A stretch of 51,440 bases of DNA, counting the filler, from Trypethelium eluteriae (lineage: Eukaryota), in assembly GCA_051942245.1 (NCBI GenBank). It is 2 parts of 2 records of this genome, joined end to end, with 100 filler letters (N's around TTAATTAATTAA, not from the genome) between each part and the next. Parts side by side here need not be neighbours in the genome. Positions count along the whole stretch, not along the records: positions 25,799 to 51,440 come from JAVECL010000365.1; 1 more part is not named here. The stretch is one strand, 5' to 3'. The notes under the pieces were generated by a model. That model was given only the letters and a program-made list of their open reading frames with translations. It was not told where the DNA came from and did not search any database. Of the stretch, positions 45,885 through 51,440 are shown in pieces (position 1 is the first letter of the stretch; each line of letters starts with the position of its first letter). A program made the position numbers and the translations under genes.

Positions 45885-47875
45885 TGGCATGGACCTTTCT
45901 CGATGGCCTCTTTGCAATGCTTTCCAATCAGAACTTGATATATCATGTTACTAGAAAGACGAGCCAGAGAACCCAGACGCTCTCTAACATCACATCCAGA
46001 TTGATTTTCTTCCGGTTCCCCCGCTACCAGGATATTGCAACTTGGCAGAACCTTAGTAAATAATCTAACTTGCTTGCAATGTCAAGTGCAGGTCTGACAA
46101 TCTCGACCTATAATAACGTTCCCACCCGCCGCAACAATAAATACGGCTGGTGACAAGTACCTTTTGCTACAAGCAAGTGCGATTTTTCGAGGTCCAACGC
46201 TCTCGCTTCACAAAAGACGTCATACCTCGGCAGCTCAACATTTGCCTGGATTTTTAATAGTGATCCCTGAATCTGATCTGTCAAAAAGGCGGGGTACGCT
46301 ACTTTATTCCCTAATGCTATTACCCTGTCAGCATATTGGAGGTACAATCTACTCCGTACATGTATGTACCTCATCCACGCCTGTCCGCAGCTACCCTTCA
46401 ACCCCTGCTCTTGACCTCGCTTCAGACTCTACATTTTCGTGCCTGATGTCTTACGACTTATGCGCTAGATACCCGTAGATACCCGCCGCATGCTAGTTTC
46501 ACTAAGTTGCCAACATGCCGGGCGAGGCGCATATCGAACCTGTACCTAGCTTACATTAGCCTCTACTGACACCCAGACCTCAAAGATTGTCTGCCACATC
46601 ATGGCAGTCGTTCCGCTACTACCTGTAGTCAGAGAGCTGGAGACATGGTTGGATAGTGTGAATGTAAAGTCGAGACTTGAAGCCAAGAAGGTTGCCATTT
46701 TGCCGTACGAAAGGGGCCAATCAGTATAGCGAAAGAGGAAAGGAAGAACTCCTCCAGAACGAGACTGCTATGCATTATCTACATGAATATTCGAATGGTA
46801 CATGACAGTCGCCTATGGGTCCTGGCTTAGTATTTTGAACCCAATGGCTGTCACCGTCACCCATTACGACTATAGCCGTTTACCTCGCAAAATAAGCCAT
46901 ACTGAAACAGGTGTAGCAGATTCATCATGAGAAAAACCGAAGGACAATATGACACAGGGTAACCGCGTATGCAGGCTACCAACGAGGCTTTTCCAAGAAT
47001 GAGCCGAATCTCATTCAGGTGGCACCCATCTGTGGTGGTGACGCCCCAAGGGCCAAACCTTTCCAAGGCGGAATCACAGGAAATTAAGACGGTTCGACCA
47101 AAAGGGTAGAATTAAAGTATGTATAGAAGTCATAAGGCGTAACCAGTCGCCAATAAGAATCACGATCACAATCGCACCGAACCGTACCCATCCTAGAGCA
47201 ATAGGAAGCAGAAGCAATAGAAGCAGAAGTAAAACACGAATCCGCCAACCAGTCCATCTCTTGGTAAGACATCAAGCCGCGCGGATTGCAATAATAAGAA
47301 AAGCAATAAAAGCAACAACGCAGTAGAGCAAGAGAAAAGTCATGACATTCCATCAAAGCCTCCAGAAAACCCAGTCCATCACGAAGGGGTATCTTATCGT
47401 CGCACATACATGCACACAATAATCATCCATTCCATTGAGGCCCATAATATCGTGTTGTTCCCAATATTGGTGCTTGTGCGCTCATAGAGACCACCCTGGC
47501 CGATATACCCTGAACAGCAAAAGGAAAAAGCAGGAGCACGAGCGGAGGATAATCGCAGAACATAACAAAAGAAAGTCGTCATATCATGCCATGCCAAAGA
47601 AGCTAAGCAGAATCAACATAAAAAGCATGCATCACTAATCCACCGTCGTAACATCGTCATAACCAAGGAGCTAAAAGATCCCGAAGTCGCAAGCCTCGTG
47701 TGAGGAGGCGGAGGTTGGGTAAGTAGGTAGGCGAGTAGATGAAGTTCTTTCGCTGTCCCAGAAAATAGGTGAGTGTGGAAGTGGCGACCTCGCGGACGCT
47801 CTATAAAGACCCGGTAGGAAACTGCCCCTTCTACTCTGATCTGATTTGATCAATGCCTTGAGCTCAGGAATCAAC

Positions 47876-50151
47876 TCAAGACCGCTGATGCACTGCCCTG
47901 TCCTCACTCGTGGCCACCGCAACCAGCGCCTCCAGCCTCCCCATATCGCCTGCAGAATGTGGCGGTGGGGCAACCATCTGTGGTGGTCCAGCATTCGCTT
48001 GTGAGAACCGTGGATCGTGACCGGCCTGGAGCGCATACTGTGCAGGCGGGGGAGGCGGATGGTAGGACTATTGTTGTGTTTAGAAAAGTGGATTTAGAAA
48101 GGTAACTTGTGAGATTCCCATACCTTTTGCGCGTCATCTCCCACCTGTGCATTAGTTGGCTCAACTACGCCATTTGCATGCACGATTGCGGGAGTGAACT
48201 CTGCGACTGCGTTTGTACCGGGTGTTGGCACCCCTTCGCTGCTACTCGAGTCTTCTGGGGAGGTGCGCTGACCTTGCCGTTGCTGGATTTCGGAGAAAGC
48301 CGTCGGACCGTGGTACCAGCCATGGCGTTTGGCTCTTCGCGGAGTGATCGGCGCGTCACCATTCGATTCGACAAGAGTGGGCTTGGGTGGTGGTTGCAGA
48401 GGTTGTTGTTGCTGAGGAGGTTGTGCGGGAAATTGGCTGGAGGGAGCCGCATTGGTTGATTGAGCTGGAGACTGCAAGGCTGGATTGGCCATACGTTGAG
48501 CCCACTGTTGTGATTCTGGAGGGGTGCCAGAAGCGAGACCAAGATTATTAAGATCCCGATGTAGAGAGTTATCTCGGGAATGCATGATGGGTCGGCCCTC
48601 ACTGCTTGACGCCATCGGTGCCGGCTGCGATTGGTTCGGACCGTCCAATTGCATTGGACTTGCTTGTCGCCTCGGAGGTGGGGCATAATCGAAACTCTCA
48701 ATACCAGGTAGGCGGGTAACCTGGCTAGCTGCTGGCTGCTGCGAAAATGCAGGCTGTGGAGCGTCAGGCGTTTGATAATAACTCAGTCCACTTGTTGCCG
48801 GTCTCGAGACGAGGCCAGTGTAGGTTCCTGGATGCCACGTTCTTCTCCTCAACTCTGCTTCCTGGACCGACTCACGCCGAGATTCCGGGAAGTTCGAAGC
48901 AGTCGGACTTGCAAACACGCTGCTCTGCCCAGAGAAGTTCGAAGGGTTCGTAGATTGTAATGGGCTGAAATAGGGCTGGGCGTAACTCTGAGCGCCGAAG
49001 GGTGATTGAAAGGGATTTCCGCCAGATGGGACAGAGAGTCTCCGGCCAGGGGTGCGACTTCCGCCAAACGAGACATTTCGGGGAACAATAGCAATTGGTG
49101 ATTGTAAACCTGAAGAAAACCGAGGACTGCCGGCTCCCGTAGAGAAGCTTGCAGACGTAGGAGTGCTATAACCAGATGGAGAATAGGCCTGATATCCACT
49201 ACTCGGACTGCTATTGGTGGTGGTGTTGTAAGTATCCAGTGTCAATCGTGCTCGTTGTGCCCCATCATTGGCCATGGCCAGGGGTGGCGGACGTCGTCGG
49301 CTAATATCGGGTGTGCTTATGCTCGAAGCCGTAGATGCAATGCTCGAAGTAGACAAATTTCTACTATGCCGACTACCATTGCCCCCTCCATTGGATAGCG
49401 TAGAGGCTCTTGCTCTATGGTTTGGTGGACGGACACGATCCGTCCTTATCTGTCTTTGGAATCTTGTACCAGTAGCTGCCAGAGAGTCTGTGGGTATCTC
49501 TTCATTGACATGAACCGTCTGTGCATGCTGGCGAAGGTTGTCAAGTCGGGAGAAACGGCGGGAGCAGTGGCATTGGAATGGCCGTTCACCAGTATGTTTT
49601 CTGTCGTTCAGAAGGTCAGTCAAAATTGAGGCCTGGAGAGGGCAGTAGAAGTGGGCTCACCTGATATGTCTGGCTAGATGCTCGCTTCTTGTAAAACTCA
49701 ATTGGCAGGGAGGAAATTCCGTACAGAAAAAGCGTTGTCCCTTCTTCTTTTTAGATGGTCTCTGAGACTCGCTTGTTATGCTTTCATTGTCGGAACCCTC
49801 TCCTTCCTCGTCGTCGTCCTCCATAGCGACATCTTGCGAGCCAGCCGAATGCGTAGAACGAGTCGAGTTTTCCCGATGTAATTCTGCCCTCTTCTCTCCC
49901 AGCTTCTCAGCTTCATGTGACGATTTGAGTCCGGACCCAGGGAGTGATCGTTGGCCAGTTAATCCTCCAAAGCTATTTCGTGTGGGCGTATTTGGTGTTG
50001 ATTCCTCGCCTCGTTTGTCCAGTGTACTTGATGCAGTGAAGGTGGCAGCATTGGGACGAGGGGTTGTTGGAGTCGTTTCTTCGCCGGATCTTGCCACGGG
50101 TGGCTCGGGAGCCGTCAAGGTGGTAGTGTTCACTGCCTGAAACGAAGACAT
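47876..50151 (-). CDS. nsdC: C2H2 zinc-finger developmental regulator NsdC (Usv1/Rgm1-like), 3 exons
   Basis: [61 protein letters not shown] and C-terminal [12 protein letters not shown]. Introns at ~49602-49660 and ~48068-48123. Confidence 0.82.
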
Positions 50152-51440
50152 GGCCTTGGGTAGAATCCGAAGACCCCAGAAGTATATAGGTTGGTGTACA
50201 GATGATGATCCGGGGAAAGCGAGGGGATCATGCGATAAGATGGTAAAGGTCGAGTCGAATGCTGGGCGAAACCGTCTGGGGCGAATCCGCTGAGGCCCAG
50301 TTGGCGGGCTGAAAGTGGAAAACGACAGCCAGGCACGAATAGGCCGGGGGGCACAGTTACCGGACTCGTGTGTCTCAAAATTCCGACTGCGATTGATGAC
50401 TCGGCGGGGAGGGGCAAGGCTGAGGCTGCGACGTTCCTCGGTGACGAGAAAGTCGAAACATCTGACGTTCGGCGCGAATGAAGCAGCTAATGGACGAGCT
50501 GATTCCGAGACGGGAGGAGAGTGCTCAATCACATGCGGTCATATGAGGATAGGATGGCGAGGGGAGGGTTGGATGAGCGGAGACGGTAGTGTTGAGAGGA
50601 TGCTGCTGAGATAAGGCGGGACAGGCTGCGGCTGGGTGTGGACGCCAAATGTAATGATCAGCCACCCGGCGAGAGATCTTCGACATACATTGACCTACGA
50701 CTCTACTACTTCACCGCGGAGGCCAGGCTAGATTAGGCGCACGCACGGGGCCAGGGTCAGGCACGAGCAAGGGGCTGCAAGGAGGGACAGGCACAGTCGA
50801 CGACGACGGCGTACCTCGCAAATGCTGAGGACGAGAATGGCCGAGAGCGCGCAAAGCGCAGGCCGAGCATAAGCTGGGCCGGTAGGAGGATAGTGAGCGG
50901 ATATGCGGATCCAGCGCGACCGCAGAGCCAGACAGCCAGAGGTGCAGAGGTCTCGTGATGGCCAAGTCAACCTTGGTCAGATACGGATACGCTTGAGGCA
51001 AAAGCAACAGGTACGGGATCATGCTTGAGTCTTCGGGTCACATCCTTTACCCAGCCTTCCAGCCGCGGTCTGGCCCCAGGCGCACGCAAACACCACGCAC
51101 GCTCACGCACTGCCATCCTGGACACGCAGCGCCAAGCGACTGTCGAGCCAATCTCGCCGCTGCAGACTGTCTGTTTCAGATGCGCCGGTGAAGGCAAAGC
51201 AGTTCCGTGGCTCTACCCGGCACATGTCAAGCAGTAGGAGCAGGTATTAGCCATCTAACAGTGGTAGCTGGAGGGAGCCGGAATCGCGTGATAGGGTTTC
51301 AGGCGAGCAACGCGTAATCCGGATGGGAAGGGCTGGATGGGCACAATGGGCTCTGCGCCGGGCGAGAATGACCCGGCGTTGGGCGGGAGCGAGGCGAGTA
51401 GAGTTGAGAAAGAAAAAGAGGATGGTAGGGTGGTAGGGCG

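Noticed and set aside
46108..47638. Several 60-110 aa ORFs between the AAA ATPase and nsdC
   Set aside because: No motifs; purine-rich low-complexity sequence typical of a long 3' UTR or intergenic region
50152..50532. N-terminal extension of NsdC in the ORF track
   Set aside because: Probably 5' UTR or intron sequence; the better start is GCCATG at 50151 (MSSFQAVN)
1..51440. tRNA, rRNA or CRISPR arrays
   Set aside because: None recognised; eukaryotic DNA, and the larger tandem repeats found are protein-coding

Overview
Filamentous ascomycete (Pezizomycotina) genomic DNA with short spliceosomal introns and a RIP-mutated transposon. Two contigs are joined by an artificial 100-bp spacer (N44-TTAATTAATTAA-N44, 25699-25798), so the two halves may not be physically adjacent. 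Left contig: a partial Suz12-like zinc-finger gene, a Zn2Cys6-like/homeodomain/C2H2 transcription factor, a conserved hypothetical protein, CCDC124/Lso2, thiolase, nitrilase, and three tandem CGH-motif proteins. These are followed by a candidate fungal RiPP (dikaritin-type) cluster: an FAD monooxygenase, a spliced 90-aa secreted precursor missed by the ORF track (four Kex2-delimited DGTTEFDPDYGLKL-type repeats), and two UstYa/DUF3328 oxidases, one of them frameshifted. The contig ends in a RIP-destroyed hAT element. Right contig: truncated MET12 and an AIM6-like phosphodiesterase, then a ~17-kb island of immunity/cell-death-like genes. The island contains an AAA ATPase head-to-head with a P-loop-less NACHT-like protein, an R-S-E ADP-ribosyltransferase head-to-head with a HeLo/SesA-like protein (the two share a paralogous ankyrin-like C-terminal domain), a membrane protein, a WRN-type exonuclease and a second AAA ATPase. 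The contig ends with nsdC. All gene models were read by eye and no database searches were run.
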